A stretch of 61,872 bases of DNA, the filler included, from Circinaria calcarea (lineage: Eukaryota): NCBI GenBank assembly GCA_051942165.1. It is 15 parts of 15 records of this genome, joined end to end, with 100 filler letters (N's around TTAATTAATTAA, not from the genome) between each part and the next. Parts side by side here need not be neighbours in the genome. Positions count along the whole stretch, not along the records: positions 37,262 to 41,288 come from JAVECS010002499.1; positions 41,389 to 45,409 come from JAVECS010002500.1; positions 45,510 to 49,527 come from JAVECS010002501.1; positions 49,628 to 53,643 come from JAVECS010002502.1; 11 more parts are not named here. One strand, 5' to 3'. The notes beneath the pieces are model-generated. The model searched no databases. It was not told where the DNA came from and worked only from the letters and a program-made list of their open reading frames with translations. The first letter of the stretch is position 1, and each line of letters starts with the position of its first letter. Positions 37,862 to 50,944 of this stretch are shown here, piece by piece. The translations under genes were made by a program, and so were the position numbers.

Positions 37862-40281
37862 ATGAAACCCTCACGCTCCCGACTCAAGAACTCGGTGGAT
37901 TTGGACCCTTTCAGCGCTGCCCACATCTACTACGGACCGAATCGGGAAGTCCCAAAGTTACGGGCATATTCTTCGGTGGGATTTGCCATATCTGCAGTAA
38001 AGAGAGGATATACTTACAGCCATTCCGTGGATATAGGTTTTTGAACCTCTCAAGCATGATGACGATACTCGTTCACCCACCCGTAGAGGAAGTCAAGGTC
38101 AGTATATGGCAATTTCCTAGAACCTGACCTTCACCGTCGATCTCACACATGCCAATGCCAGATGAAATTACCCGGGTCTCGCGCAAGTTCCTCATACCGG
38201 TTGAGTCGACATTGCAGAACCTGCTTGCTAGGGAAGACACCGACAACAACATGCAAATCACAATTGATGATGCTGGTCCAAAGGTATGATAACAAGATTT
38301 AGCCCAATAGACTTCCACTAAACCGCCCCTAGGTCCTTTCGTTAGGGACATTGGCATCGAATGGCTATAATCGAGCCGACGTGCGTGGCACCTACATGCT
38401 CTCGAACCTGCTTCAAGAGCTGACCCTCGCCAAAGGCTATGGCCGAAAACATATCATACTAGACGAGGCCAGGTTGAACGAGAACCCGGTCAATCGTCTT
38501 TCTCGCCTCATCAAGAATGATTTCTGGGATAACCTTACTCGTCGGATTGACGGTTCTGTGATTGAAAAAGTGGGACTAGATCCCAAGGATTGGACAGATG
38601 ATCCACGACCGAGGATCTACGTTCCTCAAGGAGCACCTGAGCAATATGCCTACTATAGCAAAGTTGCGAAAGATAGGCCAGAAGTCCGACTGGACGTTCA
38701 ATGGCTGCCGCCTACGGAAAAGATCACTGGGGAATATGTAAGAGATCTTAACGATAGGCCCGGTCTCTTGGCCGTAGCTATGGAGGAATATGTCGATCCA
38801 GACACGGGAATCAAGGACTTGCGGGGCTTACCGTTCGTGGTCCCTGGGGGAAGATTCAATGAGCTCTATGGATGGGACAGTTACATGGAATCGATTGGCC
38901 TCCTCGTCAATGATCGCAGTGACCTTGCAAAGTCCATGGTTCTTAACTTCTGCTTCTGCATTCAGCACTATGGCAAGGTCTTCAATGCCAACCGGAGCTA
39001 TTACCTTGGCCGATCGCAGCCTCCTTTTCTTACAGACATGGCATTACGGGTGTATGAGAAAATCAAGAGCGAACCTGACGCAATCGATTTCTTACGAAGA
39101 GCCATCCGGGCCGCCATTAAAGAGTACTACAACGTTTGGGTGGCTGAGCCAAGGCTCGATCCGATTACAGGTTTATCAAGGTACCGCCCCGTAGGGGTTG
39201 GTGTTCCTCCCGAAACTGAGGCTTCACACTTTGTTCCTGTTCTCGAACCCTATGCGAAGAAGTACAACATGACCTTCTGTGATTTCGTTACCGCGTACAA
39301 TAATGGTACGGTTAAGGAGCCTGAACTGGACGAGTACTTCCTTCATGATCGAGCGGTGCGAGAGTCCGGGCATGATACCTCGTATCGGCTGGAAAGGGTT
39401 GCCGCGAATCTCGCGACCATCGACCTGAACTCACTACTTTACAAGTACGAAGTTGACATTGCGAGGACAATTCATGTGTTCTTTGACGATAAGCTTTCGA
39501 TGCCAGCCGAATTCTGCGCTCCTGGCATGCAGCCGGGTCGGTTGGAAACCTCAGCAGTATGGGATCGTCGATCTAAAAAGCGACGCCAAGCAATGGACAA
39601 GTACCTTTGGAACGAGAAGAAAGGCATGTATTTCGATTACGACACTGTCAAAAAGGAGCAAACGAGCTATGAGAGTGCGACAACATTCTGGGCAATGTGG
39701 GCTGGTGCTGCCACTCCTCGCCAAGCCGCTGCCATGGTGATTCACGCCCTACCGAAGTTTGAAGTGTTTGGGGGTCTAGTTTCCGGAACGGAGAAATCAA
39801 AGTGTGGTGAGACTGGCCTTAGCCGCCCTAATCGGCAATGGGATTATCCCTATGGATGGGCGCCACAGCAGATGCTGGCTTGGACTGGATTTTTACGATA
39901 TGGGTATACCGAGGAAGCTGAGCGACTAGCCTACAAATGGCTCTTTATGGTTACCAAAGCATTTTTCGACTTCAACGGAGTGGTGGTTGAAAAATATGAC
40001 GTTACACGACCGATCGGCCCTCATAAAGTTGACGCTGAATATGGAAACCAAGGTAGCGACTTTAAGGGCGTGGCTAGAGAGGGGTATGTGTCCATTGCGG
40101 CCAAACAACTTGAGGACATGACTAACCGCATCCACTGATTAGTTTTGGTTGGGTCAACGCAAGCTATGTCTACGGTTTAACGATTGTCAACGTGCACATG
40201 AAGCGAGCCTTGGGTGCCCTTACCCCTTGGAAAACTTTCAAGCACGCCACAGATCACAGCAACGATGCCACTTTTGCTTAG
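37862..40281 (+). CDS. NTH1: Neutral trehalase (GH37), complete, 5 exons
   Basis: PKA site RRGS, Ca-binding [55 protein letters not shown]. Confidence 0.96.
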
Positions 40282-41388
40282 AGCCGGATACATATGACAG
40301 CAATGGGCATACCGATGACTTGTGAAGACTTTCTACACTTTTTTCTTGCGGGCCTTTACCGGCCTTAGCGGGTGTTGTGAATGGATTGATTCAGTATTTA
40401 CGGGAAAAAAAGACCTGCATCGTGACGGGCGCTCTGCGGCATGAGATAGACTGCATGGCGGGCTTTCTGGTCTCGGCCTCGGAGCTCTTTGCGAATCTGA
40501 GCGGGTGTTTATTGGCTTGGGTTTGGTGAAGCGGTGAAATAAACTCGTGGATTTGGGGAAAGGAAACCTTAACGATCGGGTTTCTTACGGCAGAGACATG
40601 GGCGAATGATGGGAAGTTTGCGCTGGCGGTATCGGTCATGGTTCCGTTTGATGATCCTTTTGCTAGACCCTGTCTCCTTCCTATACAGCTTCTAGGATTT
40701 GAATTTTCTTATTTCGAGGCTCGCTCGCTGGTGTGCAGCTTGTCAGGAACATGGGGAAAATGGGGAAAATTGACGCTCGTTTACTTTTAATCAATCCTTT
40801 ACAGGCGTGACTATTAATGCCTCTTTGATAAATAAAGTAAAGCGTATGTAAATCCAAAGGGTTTTATTACCTACCCCTCGTCTCAGACCAGCCACAACTC
40901 CCTTCCCCCCCCCACTTCTACTGAGCCCACATTTGGAAGAAAAGAAGATAACCGGCTTCCTGACTGACTGACCCGTAGCCCTGCCCCCCAAAACCCAAGC
41001 CCAAACTCCCAAAACATATACACCGTCTATAGAATTAGGCATGAAAGTTTCCCCAGGAAAAACCCAATTCCCCGCTTACCTACGCTTTGATAGTCTCATA
41101 CCGACTCTTTGCCCTGATGCGCGAACCGTATTGGAACAGCACCCACGGGATGGGTAGGAGGGCGAGGGACAGGAAACCGAAGAGGCTCGTGGCCCATGCG
41201 ATGCCGAGCCTGTTGTACACTAGAAAATCTCCCAAGTTAGCTGTTGGGTTCGAGATGAGGGTGTAAAGGGAAGGGTGGGGGGTGGGGGNNNNNNNNNNNN
41301 NNNNNNNNNNNNNNNNNNNNNNNNNNNNNNNNTTAATTAATTAANNNNNNNNNNNNNNNNNNNNNNNNNNNNNNNNNNNNNNNNNNNN

Positions 41389-43357
41389 TACGGAGATCTC
41401 GTCCAAGATCCAGTGGACGCAGACGCAAGATAAAGGGGATCTCATGCTACCCGTACCGGCGTTGCGGATCAAGGGCAAGAAACCCAATGAGCTAGCTACT
41501 GAATGGGCGGAGAAGGTATGCAAGTGTCCTGCGGATTTAATAGGGAAGGGATTTCTGGTTTGGCTAAATAATTTGTGGATTTACAGTTCCCAGATTCCGA
41601 TCTGGTTGAGAAACCCACGGTGGCTGGCACGTTCCTTCAATTCTTCTTCAAACCCGACCGTCTCACCCAGGTAGTTATTCCTTCGACATTAAAGGAAAAA
41701 GAGATGTATGGGACAAATGCATGGATCGGACTCAAAGACCCTTCCGACCCGTCAAAGGGGAGGAAGCGGATAATAATCGAATTCTCCTCTCCGAATATCG
41801 CAAAGCCATTTCATGCAGGCCATCTACGAAGTACAATTATTGGGGGGTTCCTTTCAAATCTGCACGAAGCCGCAGGGTGGGAAGTTATTCGAATGAATTA
41901 TCTTGGGGACTGGGGAAGGCAATTTGGTTTGCTAGCTAATGCCTTTGAGATCTATGGTAGCGAAGAGAAGTTGAAAAAAGACCCGATAGGACATTTGTAT
42001 GATATATATGTTGAAATCAACAAAGTATCAAAGCCGGAGGAGGATGAGATCAAGGACAAGACAGAGGAGTTAAAGCAAGCTCAGGCGAATAAGTCGGATA
42101 CGACAGCATTGGAGAATGAGATTGCAGCATTAGAGGCCAAAAGCGCCAATGAGAAGGCCAGGCAATTCTTCACAAGACTTGAGAATGGTGATAGCGAAGC
42201 TCGCGCCATATGGAAACGATTCAGGGATTTAAGTATCGACAAGTACAAGAAAACATATGCCAGGCTGAATATTCATTACGATTACTACTCTGGAGAATCT
42301 CAGGTGGAAAAGTCTAGGATGGATGATGCCGCAAAGAGACTGAAGGACACTGGTGTCTCGGAAGACTCTCAGGGCGCAGTGGTCGTCGACCTCACCAAGG
42401 ACCCAAAAACCAAAAAGCTAGGCAAAGCCTTAGTGCAAAAGAGAGACGGATCATCTCTGTATCTCACCAGAGATATCGGAGAAGCGGTCAAGCGGTACGA
42501 ACTTTACCGTTTCGATAAGATGATCTATGTTGTTGCGTCGCAGCAGGACCTGCATCTTGCGCAGCTCTTCAAGATCTTGGAGTTGATGGGCCACGAGATT
42601 TCGGACAAGTGTCAGCATATTAATTTTGGTATGGTGCTTGGCATGAGTACTAGGAAAGGAACCGTCAAGTTCTTAGATGATATCCTCAGGGATGTTGGGG
42701 AGAAAATGCATGAAGTTATGCAAAAGAACGAGGTGAAGTATTCACAAGTCGAGGATCCCGAGCAGACGGCCGATACGCTTGGTATTACCGCTGTAATGGT
42801 ACAAGACATGACTGGCAAGCGGTATGCCCCCTTCTCCTGTGCTTTGCAAGACATTCTGATGCCAATAAATGGTTAGTATCAATAACTACGAATTCGATTT
42901 GGCTCGGATGACATCTTTCGAGGGGGATACGGGCCCTTACCTTCAATACGCCCATGCACGTCTCTGCTCCATCACCCGAAAGGCAGGGCTTTCATCCGAG
43001 GAACTGAAGTCTGCGGACTTATCTCTGCTCACCGAGCCGCATGCCATCAACCTTGTTCGCGTTCTTTCCTCGTGGCCGGATGTGGTGCAAAACACTCTTA
43101 AAACACTGGAGCCGGTAACGGTCTTGTCGTATCTGTTCAAAATGACGCACATGTTGAGCTCGAGCTATGATTTACTCAAGGTGGTCGGGAGTGAGCCGGA
43201 GCTGAAAAAAGCTCGGATGGCATTGTATGAGTCAGCAAGGCAGGTGTTGAACAATGGGATGAAGCTATTAGGTCTGAATCCTGTTGAGCGGTATGTTGTC
43301 CATTTTGAGATTTATCCGCACGATAAGAATCCATGGCTGATGGCACATAGCATGTAA
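41389..43357 (+). CDS. Arginyl-tRNA synthetase, 5'-truncated, multi-exon
   Basis: EFSSPNIAKPFHAGHLRSTIIG (HIGH motif), NYLGDWG, GMSTRKG, GDTGPYLQYAHARLCSI, ends PVERM*. Confidence 0.96.
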
Positions 43358-45273
43358 TTGCAAATTGACCGAGGGCTGCGAAAACGTTTCGGTAAGTGGA
43401 GCCGTTTGAGGCGTTGATTAGTTGGAAGACGCTTCATGGGCAGAGTGGGCCACGTACCCTCATTGCACTCAACAAACGGAATGCTATGGAGTGGTAGGTG
43501 GCTTGGTTGACCATCCCACTCCAAAGATTTGTCTCGATACCGTGCAGCGAGGCTATCATGGCGAATCATGCGGTCACCAGGGATTTGGTTGGCCGGGACG
43601 TAACCAGCTCACCACGAAAAGAGCGGTGAGGCCATCCGAATTGGCACGAGGTTGCAGCGGATTTTCTTCGATTATTGGCTGTGATCAACAACTCCAATCA
43701 TCGAATTGCTTTCGAGTCCAGCAAGCACGGGGGGAATTTGCTCAAATGCTATGCTGGTGCTACCCACGATTGGGCACTTGGGAAATGCCGATCTTGCGAG
43801 CCCAAGGTCGGCACCTCGTCTCTGGTGCAGGGATGTCCGCTGAAAAGGTTCAAATAGCTGGTTCTCATAGTACAATCGGAGATATGTGACTGGTCAGACC
43901 AACGGGATGAATTTCCAGTATTTCCTATTCGTCGCTTCTCGTTTCATTTTGATCGGTACCATCTGGAATGGTAGGTCATGGTCATTTTACCCCGGATTCG
44001 TCACTTTGCCTTTGCTCTTGCCAGCGTGGGATGACTTGCTTCTGGCCTCCTGCACAGCAACAACACACTTGATGCCTTAGTGCTCTCCTAGGGCCCGTAG
44101 TGTGGTCCCATTCGACCGTGCTATACCTGTATTGTTCAATCAATGCGTCTTCGAAAATCTTTCATCGTCCCCGATTATGCTAATAGGATGCTCCGTTCAG
44201 CTGTGAAGAATTACCGTTGGCCAGGTCGGCCGCAACGACAGCAGACGTTCATGTCGGCCGTCCACAGTGTCTTACCATTGCCCAGATTTTGATCTGACCA
44301 TCTTTCCCTGGCCGCACTCGGCCGGGAGCGCAACATCCCCCACACCGGACCCTGGGCGGAAATGCGTGACTGCTATGGGTTGGCGACCATTCTGACTTTG
44401 ACTTCTACCGGGAACATTGCCCTATCGATATATTAAATGCATTAGCATCTCTACCACTGGCGAACGCTCCATACTCGCCTATCACGCCCAGCAGCAGCAG
44501 CTGCCGTTTCCACCTAATGAGACGTTACTGCGCTATTCCGGTAATTGAGCAAATGCATCCGCTTGTCCGTTCACAGCATCTTGGCTGCGGTAACTGGAGC
44601 GAGATTGGCTCTGCTGGTCTACCTGACGGACGGAGATGGAAGGAAGTCGAGTTGGGGGGGATGGGGGCCGAGAAATAGTTAGTAGACGGGCAGGCAGGTA
44701 GGCAGCCCGACATGCAGAGAAGGGCAGGCAAGCAAGGGAAGCAAAGATTTCCTCATGCAGGATGCCACCCAATCGTGGCGGGTTCGCCTCGTCCTGATGA
44801 CTGTGTCACGCTCTCTGCTTTTCTTCATTCGCTGCCCTTGACCGTGCAAAATTCCATTGAGCGGGACATTTTTATTTCCTGGGAGAAGCGCTGAATCCCA
44901 TTCCGCTCCACCACCCACAAATCCCAATCCCCAATCCCCATTTATTTGTTGTTATGACTGTGCAGCTTTTCGCTTTGTCGCTTTGGCTCTCCTGGGCGGA
45001 CCAGTGGACGAGTACCCCGCCATCACCCGCATGGACTTTCTTTCCTTCAGCGCGAGGGTCCCTCTAATCCTCCCTCGCGGCTTTGCTGGCGAAGCGGGGG
45101 CATTAGGCTATTCCTTAGCTCCTGCTTACGAATACGACAATGGCAAGCTTGGCTCGTCTCTGCCTTATCGATTATCGACGGCCGCACGGGTCCTTTCGAA
45201 ATAATATTTTGGTCCAGCCCTACCCCTGCGCGCTTTGACTTACTCCGAATTGTGGTGACAGAGGCTCAAAAAG

Positions 45274-45409
45274 ATGGCCAGCAGTCCGCATCAGCCTTCT
45301 CCGGCCTATCTCGAGGACTACAACGAAGACGCAAACACCACCGTTCCTGGCACCCGCCAGTCCGCCAACATCGCCGCAAAGCGCTCCAAGCCGGACATAC
45401 CCAAGCTGA
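45274..45409 (+). CDS. 5' end of a hypothetical protein
   Basis: ATG in good context, MASSPHQPSPAYLEDYNEDANTTVPGTRQSANIAAKRS, open to the contig end. Confidence 0.5.
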
Positions 45410-45509
45410 NNNNNNNNNNNNNNNNNNNNNNNNNNNNNNNNNNNNNNNNNNNNTTAATTAATTAANNNNNNNNNNNNNNNNNNNNNNNNNNNNNNNNNNN
45501 NNNNNNNNN

Positions 45510-45926
45510 CCTATTCCCATTCCCATTCAGCGCTCCAACCCCTGTCCTCCTAATCCTCTCCTCCCACGCCCTCCCCACCTCATCCACTCCACCCTTTTCC
45601 TTTCTCCCACCTTCACCCTTTTCTCTCCCCCCACTATTATGTTTACTCCCACTCCCACTTCCATACCTATGCACAACCCTCCTCACCCTCCTTTTTCCCG
45701 CTTTTTCCTCCTCCGACCTCTCCCCTTTCCTCTTCAACCGGGCCTCCTTATCCGCCTTCCATTTCGCCTTCGCCTCTTCGTCTTCCGCGCGGGCTTTGGC
45801 GGTTGGGTGCCCGAAGAGGTTACATCGACCGGCGGCGTATTCGGCGTTGACGCGATGGTATTCTTCACGAGCGGCGGGGATGCGGCCGATCATGTTGGAG
45901 ATGTGGGAGAGGATTGGGAGAGGCAT
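45510..45926 (-). CDS. Small K/R/E/G-rich hypothetical protein, 3'-truncated
   Basis: ATG after a C/A-rich leader and a TATA-like element near 46126. Frame is open to the contig end. Confidence 0.45.
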
Positions 45927-46473
45927 AATCCCGAGAATGGTGGTGATGTGAGAAGTCTTTTGGTTCGATGAGGAATGATGGATTCCAGATGGGCGCCGCT
46001 GGGTTTTTTGATTAGGGATGTTGGGCTTGGGTAGTAAGTAGATGTTAGGCTTGGGGTTGGGATCTTTGGAAGTTTGGGGGTTTTGAGACCGAGAAGAGAA
46101 AGAGGAACGCAAGGAATAGAGAGGTATATAGACGGGACTTCGGGGAGGAGTCATGGAAAGGGGTGAAAAGTTTGCGGGAAGCGAGTCATGGCTTGCGGGC
46201 TTTTTTCTCGGTGAAGAAATGTTGCAATACGCGTGTCATGTTTGGAGGTGTCGTCGTCCGTGAATGTTGATGACTCTCGCATATTGGCCTCAAGAGTATA
46301 GACCATGGCTACACTGTCGATCCTCCTTTCTATACCAAAGTCGGCGTATCGCCATACCATCTAAAAATCATTCCTTGTCGACATTAACTTCTTGTCACCA
46401 ACCGTAAATTAATCATCTCGGCCTCCCACCGTTTCCTATCGTAGGGGCTCAAGTCTTCACCGTTGGCACACAC

Positions 46474-47728
46474 ATGCCGCTTCAATCGTGGTTCAACGGC
46501 CGCTCCGACCCCGTTCGCTTTGGTGTCGCTCTCTTCAACCCTCGCCGTAACCTTTTCGAAGACGAGGAAAGCTTATCGTTGGAAGATGGAGACATTCCCA
46601 GCATACCAGTGGGGAAATCAGGACGACGCCGTCGTCATTATGCCCGCCACAATGGTCGCATACATCATAGTGGGAGATCCAGAGGACAGTATGACATGTA
46701 AGTATTTCCTTGCGACGTGGTTTTTATCACCATGCGTAAAGCGATCTGATAACGAATACATTAGCGAAGATGAATATTTAGACGATGGGGATTACGGAAC
46801 AGGATACGAAACCGGCTATTTAGAGCCAGAGTTGCCAAGACAGACTTACCCCTGGGAGAGGCGAGACCCTTGGGGTGATTTGAGATATGAGTTTGGGAAT
46901 GCTGGTGGAGGGTTTCCGAGTGAAGCGAGGAACGATTATGCTCATGCCTTCGAGAGCGGTAGGTCTTCTTCTTCCCATAGAGGTAGACATCATCGTGGAG
47001 GTAGGAGAAGGCATCATCATAGCGACTTCAATGGATATGCGGGATCATCTCATCACCCAGATAAAGAGGACGCTGCGGATGATTATGAATTCGACTACTA
47101 CACCAGCGAACACGACTGGATCCCAGAATACCTAAACCATGGTGGAGGACGTCGAAGACACCACACGCATCCCCAGCGTGATACGCCCCGAGGCAGCCGA
47201 CGAGGTTGGTGTCATGGTCCAGAGTACGGAGAGAATGATGACAATGGGAGTATCCCTCCATGTTCAGGACATGATGGAAGATGCGGCAGTTCTGGCAACC
47301 GCAGGCAGAGGTCATCCCGAAGCACCACAGCAGGTCACCCTGTAGGTTCTGACAACAGCAGTATAAAATTAGAGGACGGCACAGTTGTCCCTAGCAACTG
47401 TTACGAGCTCATTCGGGGCACGCCAACCATGGATCAAGACGAGTATGGCTTAAGAGCTGATTCTCCGATAACCAATACTAATATCCGAACAGGCTAAACA
47501 GAGCTATCAGACTTGCACGTGCAAGAGTGCACCCAGACAAGTTGAAAAAACCAGGCATGTCGGCAGAGGAAGAAAGACGAATAGATAATGCATCTACTGC
47601 TGTGGCACAGGCAGCAGAGGTACTGAAAGACCCCATCATGGTAAGTCGCAGCGAGCTGACTTCTATCAGTATTTTTACTGACCAGGTGGTATTAGCGAGC
47701 GCTTTATGACGCACAACAAGGAAGCTGA
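46474..47728 (+). CDS. Protein with disordered R/H/D-rich N-terminus and C-terminal J-domain (4 exons)
   Basis: Spliced C-terminus NCYELIRGTPTMDQDE/LNRAIRLARARVHPDKLK..VAQAAEVLKDPIM/RALYD with an intact HPD motif. Confidence 0.75.
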
Positions 47729-47904
47729 GTTGTCTAGGACAAGATTGGGACATTTGAATGGCGATAGCTACCGGGATTCGTGCTTCTTTGCTGTCTGCGA
47801 TATAGATGCTATGATCCTTGACTTATTCATTGAGATTTATTAAGTAGGAAGCAGCGTGCAGGCAAAGAGAATTGAATACCCGGTTTAATTCGCAAATTCT
47901 TGTC

Positions 47905-49272
47905 TCAGGCTTTCATGTTGGCTTCCGACTTCACATTCAAGTCGTCAGTGTCCTTAGCATTCTTGACCCCTGCCTCTCCGATTACTGTATTGCTACTTTG
48001 TTGCTCCTTTTCCAGTTTCGCTTTTGCATCAAAGTCCCTTTTAATAGCCCCAATCTGTGCCGTGAGAGGATTTCGAAGCGCCTGCATGGCAGCTCGGTTC
48101 CCTGCCTCGCTCTTATTTAAACCTTTGCCTGATCCGAGATACTGGTTCTCCCATCCCCAACCCGTAAGGTATACCCCTACCATATACCATATCTTGCCTT
48201 CGCGCTTAATCACCTCCGGGACTGCTTCATCTTGGTACTCAAGCTTGATACCTCTTCCCAAAACCTTTCGAGCCAGATCTTGCTTCGCACCAAGATCAAG
48301 AGCCAAATTGTTGATATGATCCTCACCTTGTAATTTTGAAGACCATAGCATAGTCAACCATGCTTCTACCGTGTTGAATCCATGTAGCGGATCGGACAGG
48401 ATGACAGCTGCTACGTAAGCTTCAAAGATATCACCCAGTAACTTTGTCCATAGTTTGCGACTTTCGAAGCCTTTCCCCATCTTATTACCTCCTGGACGAC
48501 AATGAGTATGGGATACCATATCTCTATGAGAGCGTGGTATTTTCGCTCTTTCGTCAAACCCATAAACGAGGGAGAATTCGGCAAGAGTATCGTTCCTCAC
48601 CAGAGACTCTCTGATCTGGGACCACCTACCTACCGAAAGTTTAGGATACAGAGAGTAAGTAAGACGAGTTGCCATAAGCTCGATGTATGCATCCCCGACG
48701 AATTCCAGCCGATCGTAGCTCATAATCGAACTATCAGGCTTGCCATTAAGAGTTCCCGCATGCGTGAAAGGAACGTCTGCAAGTGAGTGGTCTAGGATTG
48801 GCGGTAGATCTGGATACGACGTCTGACCTGTGATCGATTGAGAAGGTGAACTCAACACTTGGACCGATTCGGAGCCCTTCTCGGGATGAGATGAATTATC
48901 TGTATCATAGTTGAAACTTTTAGACTGTCCCGAACGATGGCCTTGTCCAAAGTTCAGTGCAGCCTCGTCCACATTCTCCCCTTTAGGACAGGCATAGCCA
49001 TTTTGCTGCTTAAGGTTATGTGGTGTCTCGGAGGTTTGCTGATCCAGGGAAGCTGTCAATTGACGATCTGGAGTCTTATTGTTTCTAGATGATTTGTTCG
49101 CTTTATGGCCATTGGCTTTTGGAGTATCGAATGGGTTTGCAGAACCTGAGGCTGGATCTCGATGACTAGGATTTGAGCTATTGATGCGGTATTTAGATCT
49201 CTCATCGCAGGAGTAGACTTTCTGCTTCTTCTCTGGCAAATCGACCGACTCGTATGGTCGCTTCTTACCCAT
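47905..49272 (-). CDS. Class I RNase III (Rnt1/Pac1-like) with C-terminal dsRBD-like domain
   Basis: Signature YDRLEFVGDAY, second motif GDIFEAYVAA, dsRBD-like GSGKGLNKSEAGNRAAMQAL. A single RNase III domain, so not Dicer. Confidence 0.9.
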   Translation of the reverse strand: MGKKRPYESVDLPEKKQKVYSCDERSKYRINSSNPSHRDPASGSANPFDTPKANGHKANKSSRNNKTPDRQLTASLDQQTSETPHNLKQQNGYACPKGENVDEAALNFGQGHRSGQSKSFNYDTDNSSHPEKGSESVQVLSSPSQSITGQTSYPDLPPILDHSLADVPFTHAGTLNGKPDSSIMSYDRLEFVGDAYIELMATRLTYSLYPKLSVGRWSQIRESLVRNDTLAEFSLVYGFDERAKIPRSHRDMVSHTHCRPGGNKMGKGFESRKLWTKLLGDIFEAYVAAVILSDPLHGFNTVEAWLTMLWSSKLQGEDHINNLALDLGAKQDLARKVLGRGIKLEYQDEAVPEVIKREGKIWYMVGVYLTGWGWENQYLGSGKGLNKSEAGNRAAMQALRNPLTAQIGAIKRDFDAKAKLEKEQQSSNTVIGEAGVKNAKDTDDLNVKSEANMKA

Positions 49273-49627
49273 AATTTAAGTAAAATTAGTTTATACTGGA
49301 GTAAGCAGAAAGAAATTATAGACGCTACATGATGTGGTGATGAAACAAGACGTGACGTTCGCTTCTGCATACCATAAGTTTTTTATGCAAATCGCATATT
49401 CTATTCTACGGAGTGCCTTATGCCCTCATAGCATACCCAACCTATCACCAAGCCTCACCACTACCATCACTACCACCATAAACCCCCAAAATGCCCTGGG
49501 GGTTTATGGTGGTAGTGATGGTAGTGGNNNNNNNNNNNNNNNNNNNNNNNNNNNNNNNNNNNNNNNNNNNNTTAATTAATTAANNNNNNNNNNNNNNNNN
49601 NNNNNNNNNNNNNNNNNNNNNNNNNNN

Positions 49628-50944
49628 TTGGTTTCCGATGGTGGAAGGGAAGGTAGCTAAGACCAGTTCCGCCCGTTTGCGCTTGGCGATGAGTAAGCCC
49701 AATGCCGGATCATGTTCCTTCTCATACTCTTCACGGCGAGCTTGGATTCCCTTGAGTTTCTTCTTATGAAAGTCCTCCGCATATTTATAGTCCTCCTGTA
49801 GGCGGCGGTTATATTTCTCGACCCGTTCTGGATCCACTCTGAGATATTCGGCTATCCTGGCTTCCTGTTCGGCGCGTGCAGTGCGCTCTTCATCGTCCAT
49901 GGTGTTTCCGTCTGTTGCGCTCTTCGTTCCGTTTGGGTTGAGAATTTCAATAGCCGTCTCTCTGAGCCGAGCACGTGCCGCTAAGCCTTTCAAGCCAGAG
50001 AGGTAAGTCCGAAGTGCGAGATCATAGGTGGGTGGGATCTTAATAGGATCGAAGACGTTTTTGAGGAGGGTTGTTTGCTTGGCTTTGTTGAATTTCCAAG
50101 TCGAACGGGAGGTGTGGTACTCGTTGAGATACCGTAGGTACACTGGTACGTATGCCGGCTCAGAAGCTTGAATAGTGGCTCCTGATCCTGCTGAAGGCGG
50201 CGATAACGCCGATCTAGGACCCTCACGGTGCCTGGCTTTTTTGGTTTTACCGAGCTCCTGAGTATCAGCTGTAGATGTTTGACCTTCAGTCTGTGGTACT
50301 ACTGCTGGTAGGACTAATGTGGACTTGGATGCTTTGCGTTTTCTGGCTTTCTTGACTTTGGAAGGCTCTCTGGTTTCGCCCGCTGGCCAAGGAGAAACAG
50401 ACCTCAGTGCCTCTGCAGAGGTCTGAGGATTAAAGTCTTCCGCTTGCTCAGCTAGCCATACATTGTAAAGTTGCTTGACGCTGTCACCATCCTTGGTCTT
50501 GGTTTCCGGGGTGAACGAGACGGATTTCCGTTTTGTAGGACTCGGTACCGAGTTTATATTAGATGCGGCTGGTGTCTCACGCAGTGCGGCTGGGGATTCA
50601 ACCAAGCTGCCAGCAATGCTCTCCAGCGCTGCGGCTTGTGACTTCTTAGTCTTCTTTAACGGCGGTGATACTGCGGGTCCAAAATCACCGCCATCAAACA
50701 ATGCCCTCTTCCTCTTGTTCGGCATAGTCGCAGCGCTTTCAGAATTATTTAGTGGTGTTTCCTTCATTTCCTTCGTTTCTAATCCTTGCCTCTTCCATGT
50801 TGGTTCAGCATCTCCATCTTCAATCACTGCTGTCCCTATATTCCCACTCATGAAGCCTTCATGACCTTCAATTGGAATGTCTTTGGCAAACTTGAGCTTC
50901 AGACCAAGCTTCTTCCATGCCGGTACATGAAATATAGGCGCCAT
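49628..50944 (-). CDS. WKF-domain (DUF2373, C7orf50/YCR016W-like) protein, 3'-truncated
   Basis: N-terminal HVPAWKKLGLKLK, KRKSVSFTPETKTKDG, YLNEY..TWKFNKAKQTTLLKN. Confidence 0.85.

Noticed and set aside
43422..45204. Several 60-155 aa ORFs after ArgRS
   Set aside because: No motifs or consistent splice structure. Probably intergenic DNA and the leader of the gene at 45274.
47905..49272. Dicer or a viral RNAi-suppressor RNase III
   Set aside because: A single RNase III domain plus dsRBD with a low-complexity N-terminus fits the ordinary Rnt1/Pac1 class.
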